A stretch of DNA of 64,000 bases from Squalus acanthias. Lineage: Eukaryota. The DNA lies in NCBI GenBank assembly GCA_030390025.1, contig CM059432.1, positions 89,158,001-89,222,000 of the forward strand, read 5' to 3'. The notes beneath the pieces were generated by a model. It was not told the origin of the DNA. It saw only the letters and a program-made list of their open reading frames with translations, and searched no databases. Below are positions 49,730 to 60,912 of this stretch, piece after piece. The position numbers were made by a program, and so were the translations under genes. The first letter of the stretch is position 1; each line of letters begins with the position of its first letter.

Positions 49730-50967
49730 GATACGATGCCCTTCCATTATTTAAAAAGGGAGGGAAAGAGAAACCAGGCAACTACAGACCTAACGTCAGT
49801 TATGGGTAAATTACTGGAATCTGTCATCAGGGATAGAGTGGCTGAGCATTTGGATAAGTAGGAGCTGATGAGAGGATTGGTAAAGGGTAGGTCATATCTG
49901 ATTAACTTGGTGGATAAGAGATCATCTATGTTATATGTTATCGATATGGACTTCCAGCAGGCATTTGTTAAAGTTCCACACATGAGATAACCAGCAAAAA
50001 TGAAAGCGCACAACATTAAAGTAACCTTGTGACATGGGTTGTAAATTGGTTGGGAGGGAGGAGACAAATTCGGGATAAAGGGAATGCACACTGATTGGCG
50101 GGATGTGACAAGTGGTGTTCCCCAGGGATCTGTTTTGGGACCTCAACTTTTCACCATTTCTATCAATGACTTGGATGAAGGAATGGAAAGCTGTATATCC
50201 AAGTTTGCAGATGACTTTACGTTTGGAGATGCAGTAAGTTTTGCAGATGGGTGCAGGTAGTTACTAAGGGACAGAGTAAGTGAGTGGGAAAATCTGTGGC
50301 AAATGTAGTTAAATGTGGGGAAGTGTAAGGTTTGGATCCAAGAAAGATAAATTGGAATATTTTTCTTAATGGTGCGAAACTAGGAACTGGGGAGGAGCAA
50401 AACAATTTGGGTATACTTTTATACAAATCACTAAAAGCTAGTGGACAGGTAAAAAAATTAATCAAAAAGGCTAATGAAATGTTGACCTTCATCATGAGGT
50501 CTGTAATAAAAATGAGAGGGAGTGATGCTTCAGTTCTGCAAAGCCTTGGTAAGACCCCTTCTGGAGTATTCTGTTCAGTCCTGGGCACCGCAGCTCACGA
50601 AGAATATATTGGCCTTAGAAGGGGTACAGTGCAGATTCACCAGAATGATACCAGGGCTTAAAGGGTTTAATTATGAGATTGCAGAAACTTGGCTTGTATT
50701 CCCTTGAGTTTAGAAGGTTGAAGGGTGATCTAATTGAGGGATATGAAATGACAAAAGGATTGGATAGGGTAGATACAGAGAACGAGCTAGGCTATTGAGG
50801 AGCGAAATCAGGAAACACTTTTTCACACAAAAGGTAGTGGAAATATAGAACTCTCTGCCCCCAAAATTTGTGGATGTTGGGTCAATTGAAATTTTGAAGA
50901 CTGAGATCAATAGGTTTTTGTTAGGTAAAGATGCCAAGGGATATTGTGCAGATGTGGTAAATTGAGT
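49730..50967 (+). mobile_element. Older CR1 LINE RT to C-terminus, interrupted at its 3' end by an L2 insertion
   Basis: LTSVMGKLLESVIRD, TSGVPQGSVLGP, KFADD and LVRPLLEYSVQSW. The sequence resumes at 52,705. Confidence 0.88.
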
Positions 50968-52704
50968 CTCTAAATCCTCTAAGGTTCCCCCCATCCTTGC
51001 CATGAACTCGCATCTTTCTCCAGTTTCTCTCCAAGCTCCCCTCCTGCCCTCTCCGAGCTCAACTTGTCCATGAGACCCACTTCCTGCTCCCTCGACCCTA
51101 TTCCCACTAAACTGCTGACCACGCAACTTCCTTTCTGGCTCCCATGTTAGCTGATATTGTTAATGGTTCTCTCCTTGGGTACTGTCCGCCTCTCCTTCAA
51201 CTCTGCCATCATTGGCCATCTCCTCAAAAAAACAACAACCCTTGACCCCTCTGTCCTTGCAAACTACTGCCCCATCTCCAACCTCCCTTTCCTCTCCATA
51301 GTCCTTGAACGTGTTGTCGCCTCCCAAATCAGTGCTCATCTTTCCTGGAACTCCATGTTTGAATCCCTCCAATCAGGTTTCCCCCCCTGCCACAGTACCA
51401 AAACGGCTCTTGTCAAAGTCACAAATGACATCCTATGTGACTATGACAAAGGTAAACTATCCCTCCTTGTCCTTCTCGACCTGCCTGCAGCCTTTGACAC
51501 GGTTGACTACACCATCCTCCTCCAACGCCTCTCCACCTGTCGTCCAGCTGGGTGGGACTGCACTCGCCTGGTTCCATTCTTATCTATCTAATCGTAACCA
51601 GAGAATCACCTTCAATGGCTTCTTTTCCCGCTCCCGCATCGTTACCTCTGGTGTCCCCCAAGGATCTATCCCTGGTCCCTCCTATTTCTCATCTACATGC
51701 TGCCCCTCGGCGACATCATCCAAAACACAGCGTCAGTTTCCACATGTACACTGAAGACACCCAGCTCTACCTCAACACCACTTCTCTTGACCTTCCACTG
51801 TCTCTAAATTGTCAGATTGCTTGTCTAACATCCAGTACTGATGAGCAGAAATTTCTTCCAACTAAATATTGGTAAGAGCGAAGCCATTATCTTCAGTCCC
51901 TGCCACAAACTCCGTTCCCTAGCCTCCGATTTCATCCTTATCCCTAGCATCTGTCTGAGGCTGATCCAGACTGTTTGCAACCTTGGTGTCATATTTGAAC
52001 CTGTAATGAGATTCCGACCACATATCCGCGCCATAACTAAGATCAACTATTTCCACCTCCGCAAGATCGCCCGACTCCTCCCCTGCCTCAGCTAATCTGC
52101 TGCTGAAACCCTCATCCATGCCTTTGTTAACTCTAGACTTGACTATTCCAAGGCACTCCTGGCTGGCCTCCCCCATTCTACCCTACGTAAACTTGAGGTC
52201 ATCCAAAACTCTGCTGACCATGTCCTAACTTGCACCAAGTCCCGTTCGCCCATCACCCCTGTGCTCACTGACTTACATTGGCTCCCAGTTAAGCAATGCC
52301 TGATTTAAAAATTCTCATCCTTGTTTTCAAATCCCTCCATGGCCTCACCCCTCCCTATCTCTGTAATCTCTTTCAGCCCCACAACCCCCCGAGATATCTG
52401 CGCTCCTCTAATTCTGCCCCCTTGAGCATCCCTGATTATAATCGCTCAACCATCGGTTGCCGTGCCTTCTGCTGCCTAGGCCCTAAGCTCTGGAATTCCC
52501 TGCCTAAACCTCTCCGTCTCTCTACCTCTCTTTCCTCCTTTAAAACGCTCATTAAAACCTACCTCTTTGACCAAGCTTTTGGTCATCTGCCCTAATATCT
52601 CGTGGCTCGGTGTCAAATTTTGTTTTGTAACACTCCTGTGAAGCACCTTGGGACATTTTACTGCGTTACTGGTGCTATATAAATACAAGTTGTTGTTGTT
52701 GTTG
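50968..52704 (+). mobile_element. L2 LINE, 5'-truncated, RT + C-terminus + 3' UTR with (GTT)n tail
   Basis: LDPSVLANYCPISNLPFLS, LQSGF..HSTKTALVKVTND, SGVPQGS, HMYTEDTQLY and FKSLHGLTPPYL. It ends with gctatataaatacaa(gtt)5. Confidence 0.95.
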
Positions 52705-52781
52705 AGGTACAGATCAGCCATGATCTAATTGAATGGCAGAATAAACTCGAGGGGCTGAATGGCCTCCTCCTGCTCCTATGC
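52705..52781 (+). mobile_element. CR1 3' UTR (continuation of the 49,730-50,967 copy)
   Basis: aggtacagatcagccatgatctaattgaatgg...gaggggctgaatggcctcctcctgctcctatg matches the reverse complement of the CR1 3' UTR at 45,050-45,115. Confidence 0.85.
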
Positions 52782-52899
52782 TAAGGGAGCCTCCTCCGTC
52801 TGTTAGTTGCTTAATTGTCCTCTATCACCATTCACAACTGGTTGTTGCAGGGCTATAGAGCTTTGATCTAATCCATTGGTTGTGGATTTGCTTATTTCC

Positions 52900-53347
52900 T
52901 CCATAAACTTCAGCTCGTCCAAATATTTTCCGCCCATACCCTACATTACCTTCCAATGCCTCAAATTCTCATGCTTGTGTTTAAATCTTTCCATGGCCTC
53001 ACCCCTCCCCATCTTTGTAACTTCCTCCAGCCCAAAACCCCTCCCCGCGAAAGCTCTGTTCTTCTGATTCCAGCCTCATATGCATCCTTCATCCTTTTGC
53101 CCCACCGTTGGTGGCCGTGCTGCCAGCTGCCAGGCCCCAAATTCAAATTCCTCCTAAACCACTCCACCCTTTCACCTTCTTGTTCTCCTTTAAGATCCTC
53201 CATAAAACCAACCTTTTTGACTAAGCCTTTGGTCGTCTCTCCTAATCCTTCCTTCTTTAGCTTGGTGTCCGATTTTCTTTGCGCCACATGTAAAGCACCT
53301 TGGATTGTTTTTCTATGTTAAAGGCACTATTTACATATAAGTTGTTG
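52900..53347 (+). mobile_element. Degenerate L2 3' fragment
   Basis: ILMLVFKSFHGLTPPHLCNFLQP, plus a 3' end similar to 52,560-52,700. Confidence 0.8.
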
Positions 53348-53369
53348 AAGAAAAGGCATATATTCAAAT

Positions 53370-53575
53370 TGGTTGAAAAGAAGTTGAAAATGTCAGGAGT
53401 TCCATGCAAAGAGTAATTAATGGACTTTTGGGTAGAATAGTGGAGGCAAAAAAATTGGCATCATTTAAGAAGCACTTGGAAACTATGGTGGGTGGAATAG
53501 CAGGTTTCTCAAGATGAATGAGGTAAAATAAACCATATGGCCTCCCTCTTTTATATTCATCCCGTGATCTATTCT
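53370..53575 (+). mobile_element. Highly degenerate CR1 3' fragment
   Basis: Residual FFxQRVxN/VVEA/FKKHL-like segments (ttccatgcaaagagtaattaat, gtggaggca, tttaagaagcacttgga). Confidence 0.5.
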
Positions 53576-53876
53576 GCATTGAACAGGCATGAGTAGTGCC
53601 TTCCTTATCTACGCCTGTGATATGTAGCAGAACATTGTACTTACTGTTTTTCCTGTCAGACCCAAACTAGAAAAAATTAGCACAAGGCCTTAGGGAAATA
53701 GCCAAATCCACAGCAGTTTATAGCTCTGAGTCACACATGTTGGACCCCTGAGCTATCTCTAATTAAGCTATTAATTAGGCTAAAGACAGGTGAATTAGTG
53801 CTTCTTCTTGGAATATTTGCCGATGAGAAAGACTTTCTAACTGGAATAAGAGGATTGCCACTTTATGAGAAGACAT

Positions 53877-54638
53877 AGCCCAGAAATTTGACTCGGAGTC
53901 TTGCCGCGGGGGTAAGGATCCCCCGCGATATCACACTCCGCGCCGGCCGTTGTGTTTCGGGCCCACACGAACTTCAGCTCCTGGGCCTCTCCCTGGTGCC
54001 GGCGCGCAGTGTGTGCATGACCCAGAGGCACAGTTAGTGCGATGCGACCTCTGGGATCACGTGGGGCATGGAGAGCCAATGGCAGCACACCATCTTTCAT
54101 TCATAGATTTGACAGGAGAACTGTCAAAACTATGAATACAAATTGCCCCCAAAAGAACAGCTAAACCTCAAATAAATTTTAAAAAACCATCACATTAATA
54201 AAATAACTATAGTTAAATAAATTAACCACTTTAAACAAAAATTAAAATTTTTGAAAAAATTTAAATTCTTTTTAAAAGTTATAAAAATAAACTTACCTTT
54301 CTTTAAAGTCTCTAAAAAAGATAAACCTGTTGAAAAAAATTTAAAATAATACTTAATTAACTACTTACCTTGTTAAAAGGGGGTCTTACGCCTCCTTTCT
54401 TCATGTGTAAAATCTTCCATACTTAACTTCGCGTTGAAACCTGAAAAAAAAACTAAGTGTACAGCGTGCGCACAGCCTGTAGTGCGCACGCGGTTCACTT
54501 AGGAACCGCCCCCTTCGCCATACCCGAAGTGCTGGTTTCCCGCGCATGCGCAGTGCATGCAGGAAACCGTCACTTCGGGACTGAATACGCGAGAGTACAC
54601 AGTTCGTACTCTCCCGTATTCAGCCGAATTTTTGGGCC
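53877..54638. mobile_element. Harbinger-type MITE, ~760 bp (copy 1)
   Basis: TIRs AGCCCAGAAATT (53,877) and AATTTTTGGGCC (54,627-54,638). GC-rich arms surround an AT-rich core. A homologous copy lies at 60,909-61,655. Confidence 0.85.
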
Positions 54639-55221
54639 AATGTTTGCACCCCAACCTTATAGCTCAGAGAACAGTTCAAAATCAAAGGGAAGCCAATCCT
54701 AACAAAACTCTTCCCTAGTAAATCCAGGCAAAGGCTGAGTAATGCAAATCTATGCAGTTTGATTCTACAGATGAAAACAGTGGTGGGCAGAGTGTAAGTA
54801 ACTATTATTCATTTGATATATCTACTGCAAGATTGAGCTGCTCCAACTCATGAGCTGCTATATCAGTTCCGATGAAAAAGCTGACATAGATTCCCAATAT
54901 AGATACCGTCATTAGCACTTGTTCTAGAGGCTGATTAATTACTTGTCCAAGGTGCCATTGTAAGAAAGGGTGTGAAGTGAGTGACTCGACACAGGCTGTT
55001 GATACACCAAAGTTATACCAAAGTAATGTTATCTTATCTGGTGATGATCACTGTATTGTGAATCATGCCAGCTAGCTAAGGTCACATGTGCAGTGGGGTA
55101 GGCAAATTCCTTCTGTCTATAAAAGCCATCTGGTACTGAGATTTGAACAGAGGGCCTCAGATGGATAAAGACCAACCAGATCCCACAAGTGTTTCCTTTG
55201 TCACTTATCCTATCAATTTTA

Positions 55222-55656
55222 AAAAAGAAAGCCTCATATTTATATATTGCCTTTCACTTCTTCAAGATGTCCCAAAGTGCTTCATAGCCAATGAATTACC
55301 TTTGAAGTATAGTCATTATTGCTTTGTAGGCAAATACAGCAACCAAGTAGGTCCCACAAACACGACTGAGATGAATATACAGTGAATCTGTTTTCAGTGC
55401 TGTTGGTTGAGTGATGAATGTTGGTCAAGGACAACAGAACTCCCTGCTTTTCTTTGAAAAAGTGCTATGGGATCTTTTACATCCACCTGAACAGGCAGAG
55501 TCTCAGTTTAATATCTCATCCAAAAGACAGCACCTTTGACAATGCAGTGCACCATCATCACTGGACTGAAGTATTAGCTAAGTTCCTGGAGTGTGACATG
55601 AACATACAAACTTCTGAATCAGAGGTGAGAGTGCTGCCACTGAGCCAAGCTGACAC
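55222..55656 (-). mobile_element. tRNA-headed Deu-domain SINE with L2-like tail (SacSINE1/AmnSINE1-like), near full length, diverged
   Basis: Minus-strand head GTGTCAGCTTGGCTCAGTGG (A box), core CAGGTGGATGTAAAAGATCCCATAGCAC, and tail AAGCACTTTGGGACATC...AAAGGCAATATATAAAT. It is homologous to 62,180-62,528. Confidence 0.85.
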
Positions 55657-55807
55657 TGTGGTGGTCACTTTAACTTTAATCGCCAGGTGAAAAATAGGTC
55701 ATTGTTAAAATTATCCCTAGGCATCCACCTATGTAGAATCAGAAGTAAATGAGATACTACAAGCTCAAAAATGATACAAGGACAGCAGGTCTCACAGTCC
55801 AGTTCAG

Positions 55808-56276
55808 GTGAAATTAATGGCACTAAAGAGTGACAAATTCCCAGGGCCAGATGGTTTCCATCCCAGGGATTTAAAAGAAGTAGGTGAGCACATTGCAGAT
55901 GCCCTAACTATAATCTTCCAAAGTTCTCTAGATACAGGAACTGTTCCTTTAGATTGGAAAATTGCGCCTGTCACTCTGCTATTTAAGAATGGCGAGAGAG
56001 GGAAACAAGGGAGTTATAGACCAGTTAACCTAACATCTGTTGTCGGGAAATTACTAGAGTCTATAATCAAGGATAGGGTGACTGAACACCTTGATCAGAG
56101 AGAGCCAGAATGGATTTGTAAAAGGTAGGTCATGCCTGATGAACCTGATTGAATTTTTTGAAGAGGTGACTAAAGTAGTGGACAGAGGAATGTCCATGGG
56201 TGTTATTTATATGGACCTCCAGAAGACATTTGATAAAGTCCTTCATAAGAGATTGTTAATTAAGGTTGAAGCCCAT
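55808..56276 (+). mobile_element. CR1 ORF2 RT N-terminal fragment, cut by a Harbinger insertion
   Basis: KFPGPDGFHPRDLKE, VPLDWKIAPVTLLFKNG, SYRPVNLTSVVGK, SQNGFVKGRSCLMNL and IYMDLQKTFDKV. Confidence 0.93.
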
Positions 56277-56656
56277 GGCCGGAGTTTTCTGGGGGGTCAG
56301 CGGGCAGGATTGGTGGCGGGTCGGATGGGAAATTTGATATTTTTGACAGCAGGCCACACGCCTTTCCCGATGTCGGGTCTGTCAGCGCTGAACAGACAAT
56401 GCAGTGCACCATCAAAACTGTACTGAAGCAGACCCAACACGCAGCGGCGGGCGACCCAATTCAGGTAATTAGTGGCTTCTTTAGAGCCACTTAAGAATAA
56501 TTTTCAGCTTACCTTTTGCATTTGAATGCTCAGCCACGAGGTCCACGCTGGTTGTGGACCACATCTGTCAAGCTGTGGCGGAAGTTCAGTGGCCATTGAA
56601 TCAGCTGTTGAGTCGACAGCTTCAAATGTAAAGTAAAAGCTCCAACCTTATAGAGA

Positions 56657-58742
56657 AATAAAAACCGAAAATGCTGGAGGTACTCAGCGGGTCAGGCAGC
56701 ATCTGTGGAGAGAGAAACAGAGTTAACGTTTCAGGTCGATGACCTTTCATCAGAACTGGAAAAAAGCAGGAAATGGAACAGATTTTTAAGCAAGTGTGGG
56801 AGCTGGGAAAGGGGGGAGGGGATGAAAGAACAAAAGGGAAGGTCTGTGATAGGATAGGAGGCAGGAGAGGTTAAGAGACATTAAGAGATATACAAGGCAA
56901 AAGGAGATGGTAATGGGACAGGTTAAGAAACAAAGGATGGCTCTAGATGAAGTGTAAATTGCACTGGCAGAATGAAAGACAGCTGCCATGTGGGACAGAA
57001 GAGAAAAAAAAAGTGTGGAAAAAATATATATGATAGGGGCAGAGGTTATGATCTGAAATTGTTGAACTCTATGTTGAGTCCAGAGGGCTGTAAAGTGCCT
57101 AATCGAAAGATGAGGTGCTGTTCCTCGAGCTTACGTTGAGCTTCAGTGGAACAATGCAAGAGGCCGAGGACGGTGAGTGGGAATGGAGCGGAGAATTAAA
57201 GTGACAGGCGACCGGAAGGTCGGGGTCCCCCTTACGGACTGAACGGAGGTGTTCCGCAAATCGGTCACCCAATCTGCGTTTGGTCTCCCCAATGTAGAGG
57301 AGACCGCATCGTGAGCAGCGAATACAGTATACTAAATTGCAAGAAGTACAAATAAATCGCTGTTTCACCTGGAAGGGGTGTTTGGGGCCCTGGACAGTGG
57401 GAAGGGGGTAGGTATAAGGGCATGTGTTGCATCTCCTGCGCTTGCACGGGAAGATGCCGGGCGAAGGGGAAGGGGTGTTGGGAGTGATAGAGGAGTGGAC
57501 TAGGGTGTCGCGGAGGGAGCAGTCCCTTCGGAATGCTGAAGGGGGAGGTGAGGGGAAGATGTGTTTGGTGGTGGGATCACGCTGGAGGTGGCAGAAATGG
57601 CAGAGGATGATCTGTTGAATGTGGAGGCTGGTGGGGTGAAAGGTGAGGACAAGGGGAACCGTATCGTGGTTCCGGGAGGGAGGGGCAGGGGTGAGGGCAG
57701 AAGTGCGGGAGATAGAACGGACACGGTCAACGGCCGTGTCAACCACAGTAGAGGGGAATCCTTGGTTGAGGAAAAAGGAAGACATGTCGGAAGCACTGGT
57801 ATGGAAGGTGGCATCGTCAGAGTAGATGCGGCGGAGATGGAGAAACTGGGAGAATGGAATAGAGTCCTTACAGGAAGTGGGGTGGGAGGAAATGTAGTCC
57901 AGGTAGCTGTGGGAGTCAGTGGGCTTGTAGTGAATGTTTGTCAATAACCTATCCCCAGAGATGGAGATGGAGAAGTCGAGGAAGGGAAGGGAAGAGTTGG
58001 AGATGGACCATGTGAAGGGGAGGGAAGGGTGGAAGTTGGAAGCAAAGTGAATGAAATTATCTAGTTCAGGGCGAGAGCAGGAAACGGCACCGATACAGTC
58101 ATCAATGTACTGGAAAAAGAGGTGAGGGAGGGGACCTGAGTAGTACTGGAACAAAGAATGTTCCACATATCCCACGAAAAGGCAGGCATAGCTAGGACCC
58201 ATGCGGGTACCCATAGCAACACCTTTGATTTGGAGGAAGTGAGTGGAGTCAAAGGAGAAGTTGTTCAATGTGAGAACAAGTTCAGCCAGGCGGAGGAGGG
58301 TGGAGGTGGATGGGGACTAGTTGGGCCTCTATTCAAGGAAGAAGCGGAGCGCCCTCAGGCCATCCTGGTGGGGGATGGCGGTGTAGAGGGATTGGACGTC
58401 CATAGTGAAAAGGAGGCGGTTGGGGCCAGGAAACTGGAAACTGTTAAAGTGGCAGAGGGTGTCGGAAGGGTCGCGGATGTAGGTGGGAAGAGACTGGACA
58501 AGGGGAGAAAAAATAGAGTTGAGATAGGAAGAGATAAGTTCCGTGGGGCAAGAACAGGCTGAAACGATGGGTCTACCAGGGCAGTCCTGTTTGTGGATCT
58601 TGGGAAGGAGGTAGAAGCGGGCTGTGCGGGGTTGGGGAACTATGAGGTTGGCGGATGTGGGGGGAAGATCTCCAGAGGAGATGAGGTCAGTGACAGTCTT
58701 GGAAACGGTGGCTTGATGTTCGGTAGTGGGGTCATGGTCCAG
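56657..58742 (-). mobile_element. Penelope-like retroelement (RT + GIY-YIG endonuclease), 5'-truncated, inactivated
   Basis: Minus strand: FYLLPKIHK..PGRPIVS, TMDVQSLYT, GVAMGTRMGPSYA, YIDDC, YKPTDSHSYL and NLVYCIRCSRCGLLYIGETKRRLGDRFAEH. Stops and frameshifts occur upstream of the 57,099-58,268 ORF. It is flanked by the 12-bp direct repeat ACCTTATAGAGA. Confidence 0.95.
56721..56757 (-). ncRNA. Minimal type I hammerhead ribozyme in the Penelope 3' terminal region
   Basis: Minus strand AGTT-CTGATGA-A-AGGTC-ATC-GACCT-GAAA-CG-TT-AACT: intact core, stem I AGTT/AACT, stem II AGGTC/GACCT, palindromic AACGTT. It is sense to the Penelope ORF. Confidence 0.88.
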
Positions 58743-59465
58743 ACCTTATAGAGATATCTTCCCTCAGCCACAAACTCTTCCTCACTGCATTTCCACAACA
58801 GATTCACCATGCTGCAAGTCTTTACACAAGTCTCCATTCAGTCTGCCCTCATTACATCTCTCCCCATTGACAGATCGCTTCTGTCATCTCTACTTCACCT
58901 GCCATCTATTCCATCAGCATGGGTGCCCTTTATAATCTCTCACCTTGGTCTTCAGAATCCCACCACAATCAGCCCCAACACCAGCAGCACCAGGCACACC
59001 AGCAGCACCAGGCACGCCAACAACACCAACCTTCTCCGCAATCAACTAGTGCTGCACAAGACACAGGACATCAGCACCTGACCACCGTTACGTCGCACCA
59101 TTCACTGCAACTCACTAAGCCACTTCAAAAGGTGCACACAAATCTGTCCAAGAACACAAAGTGTTGTAAATAAAGGTTTCAATGTTTGACACCACATTAA
59201 CAGAAACTTTAAATGAACATTGCATAAAACATCCAAGTGTCTAGCCTTTTGTGTTGTTCGTTGATATGATTGCACTGGGATGAGGGTGAGTGTGAGGGGT
59301 GGCTAGTGAGATGGGGAAGTGATAATGTAGATAGAGAGGGATGGGTTCAGGTGCAAGGTAAGTTGGTGTGAGTAAGGATGTGCAGGAGTTGGGTGGTGAA
59401 GGCAGGGTGATGGGGATGTGATGAGAGGCACAGCAGGATGAGGTTGAGTGTGGCTTTGTACTAAC

Positions 59466-60909
59466 GGCCGCAAATTTAATTGACCTCAGAGGGCAGGTTT
59501 GGAGGCGGGTCTGTTGTGAAAATCAGAAAAATTGGGGGCAGGCTGCGAACCCGCCTCCACGCGACTTTGGCAAGTGTCAGGTCAGCCGCTCCCGAACTGA
59601 CCCGACACCAAACGGCAGGAGAGGCAGTTAAGGCAGTTAACAGCTTGTTAACTGCCTGGATAATCCTATTTTAACTGCCTGCTTGGATTTTGGAGGTTTT
59701 TCATCATGCTGCCCGCCTTCATAAAAACACGCCAGATGAATCGAGTCGGGTTGAGCGAGGACCTGAATTGTTGCCAGCTGCTCGAGCAGCTTAAAAGCGA
59801 TCCTACAATCACTCATTCTTTCACATACCACAACTTAGTTCTTTGAGGTTTGGGAGACATTTTTCAGCTCTTCTAATCTTGTGAGTGTTGAGGCTGAAAT
59901 CTATCTGCAGTGTGAGCTCCTTGGAATACCCTCTGGCCATTTTGTCTGAGCGGAAACAAACTCCATTCCTCGACTGAGATATATACTAGCGGTATGGGAA
60001 CCATTTATATCCTCTCATCCTGGTCGTCAGATTTGGAGGAAGAGCAGCCGCGGCAGCAGCACAACCAGGCACAGCAGGAGCGCCAACCTCCTCCTCACCC
60101 ACCTGATGATGCACAGGGCAGAGGGCGTCAGCGCAGGGCTGCATCTCGCCGCAGGAGATACCCTCAACACAGGGTTTACAGGCCGAGGATGAGCTTCCTC
60201 AACATGAGTGAGCAGCAGTGCCAAAGGAGGCTGAGACTTCCGCGAGACGTAGTCGCTGACATCTGCGCAATGCTGCGGCAACACCTGGAGCCCAGAGGAG
60301 CGGGTGGACACTCCTTACCAGTGGCTGTCAAAGTCACCACCGCACTCAACTTCTTTGCTTCGAGCTCCTTCCAGGGATCAGCTGCAGACATCAGTGGCAT
60401 CTCCCAGTCAGGCCGCACACGCCTGCATCACGCAGGTCACCGATGCCCTCTTTGCAAAGTCGCACAATTACATCCACTTCTCTACGGATGAAGCAAGTGT
60501 AACCGCGCGTACGGTTGGCTTTGCAAATATGGCAGGCTTCCCAAGGGTGCAGGGCGTCGTAGACGGCACACATGTGGCTATTAGGGCACCCCATCACAAC
60601 CCAGCTGTTTTTGTCAACCGCAAGGGATTCCACGCCCTTAATGTCCAGCTGGTGTGTAACCACAGGAAGAACATTATGCATGTTTGCGCCAAGTACCCTG
60701 GCAGTTGCCATGACTCCTTCATCCTGCGGCAGTCTACTCTGTCTCAGCTCTTTTATCCGTCAACCCAACTTTCCGTATGGCTACTTGGCAACAAGGGCTA
60801 TCCTCTGAAAAAGTGGCTCATGACACTGATGATGCAGGCCATTAAACGAGGCTGAGGAGTGGTACAATGTGAGCCACATTTCCACCAGAAGCATCATAGA
60901 GCAAACCAT
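59466..60909 (+). mobile_element. Left arm of a formerly autonomous PIF/Harbinger transposon
   Basis: TIR GGCCGCAAATTT at 59,466. The subterminal region is similar to the reverse complement of 39,740-39,942 and leads into the transposase. Confidence 0.85.
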
Positions 60910-60912
60910 CGG
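59994..60912 (+). pseudogene. Harbinger (HARBI1-like) DDE transposase pseudogene
   Basis: [72 protein letters not shown] (the expected catalytic D reads N) and TRSIIEQTIG. Frameshifts near 60,410 and 60,830; the C-terminus is missing. Confidence 0.93.

Larger units (their letters stand above)
56277..59465 (-). mobile_element. Non-autonomous Harbinger element related to 38,188-39,942 (inverted), split by a Penelope insertion (own sequence 56,277-56,656 and 58,755-59,465)
   Basis: Starts with TIR-like GGCCGGAGTTTT. 58,850-59,465 is the reverse complement of ~38,706-39,460 (e.g. CCATTGACAGATCGCTTCTGTCATCTC; GCACAGCAGGATGAGGTTGAGTGTGGCTTTG). Confidence 0.75.

Noticed and set aside
51838..51856. 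CTGATGAG..GAAA as a hammerhead
   Set aside because: No stem II. It is a chance motif inside L2 coding sequence.
54640..55220. Possible ancient SINE or conserved element (also 53,580-53,870 and 46,565-47,030)
   Set aside because: No motif or internal homology that I can support without a database search.
59994..60912. Domesticated host gene HARBI1
   Set aside because: It is frameshifted and truncated, has a D-to-N change at a catalytic position, and sits behind a transposon TIR.
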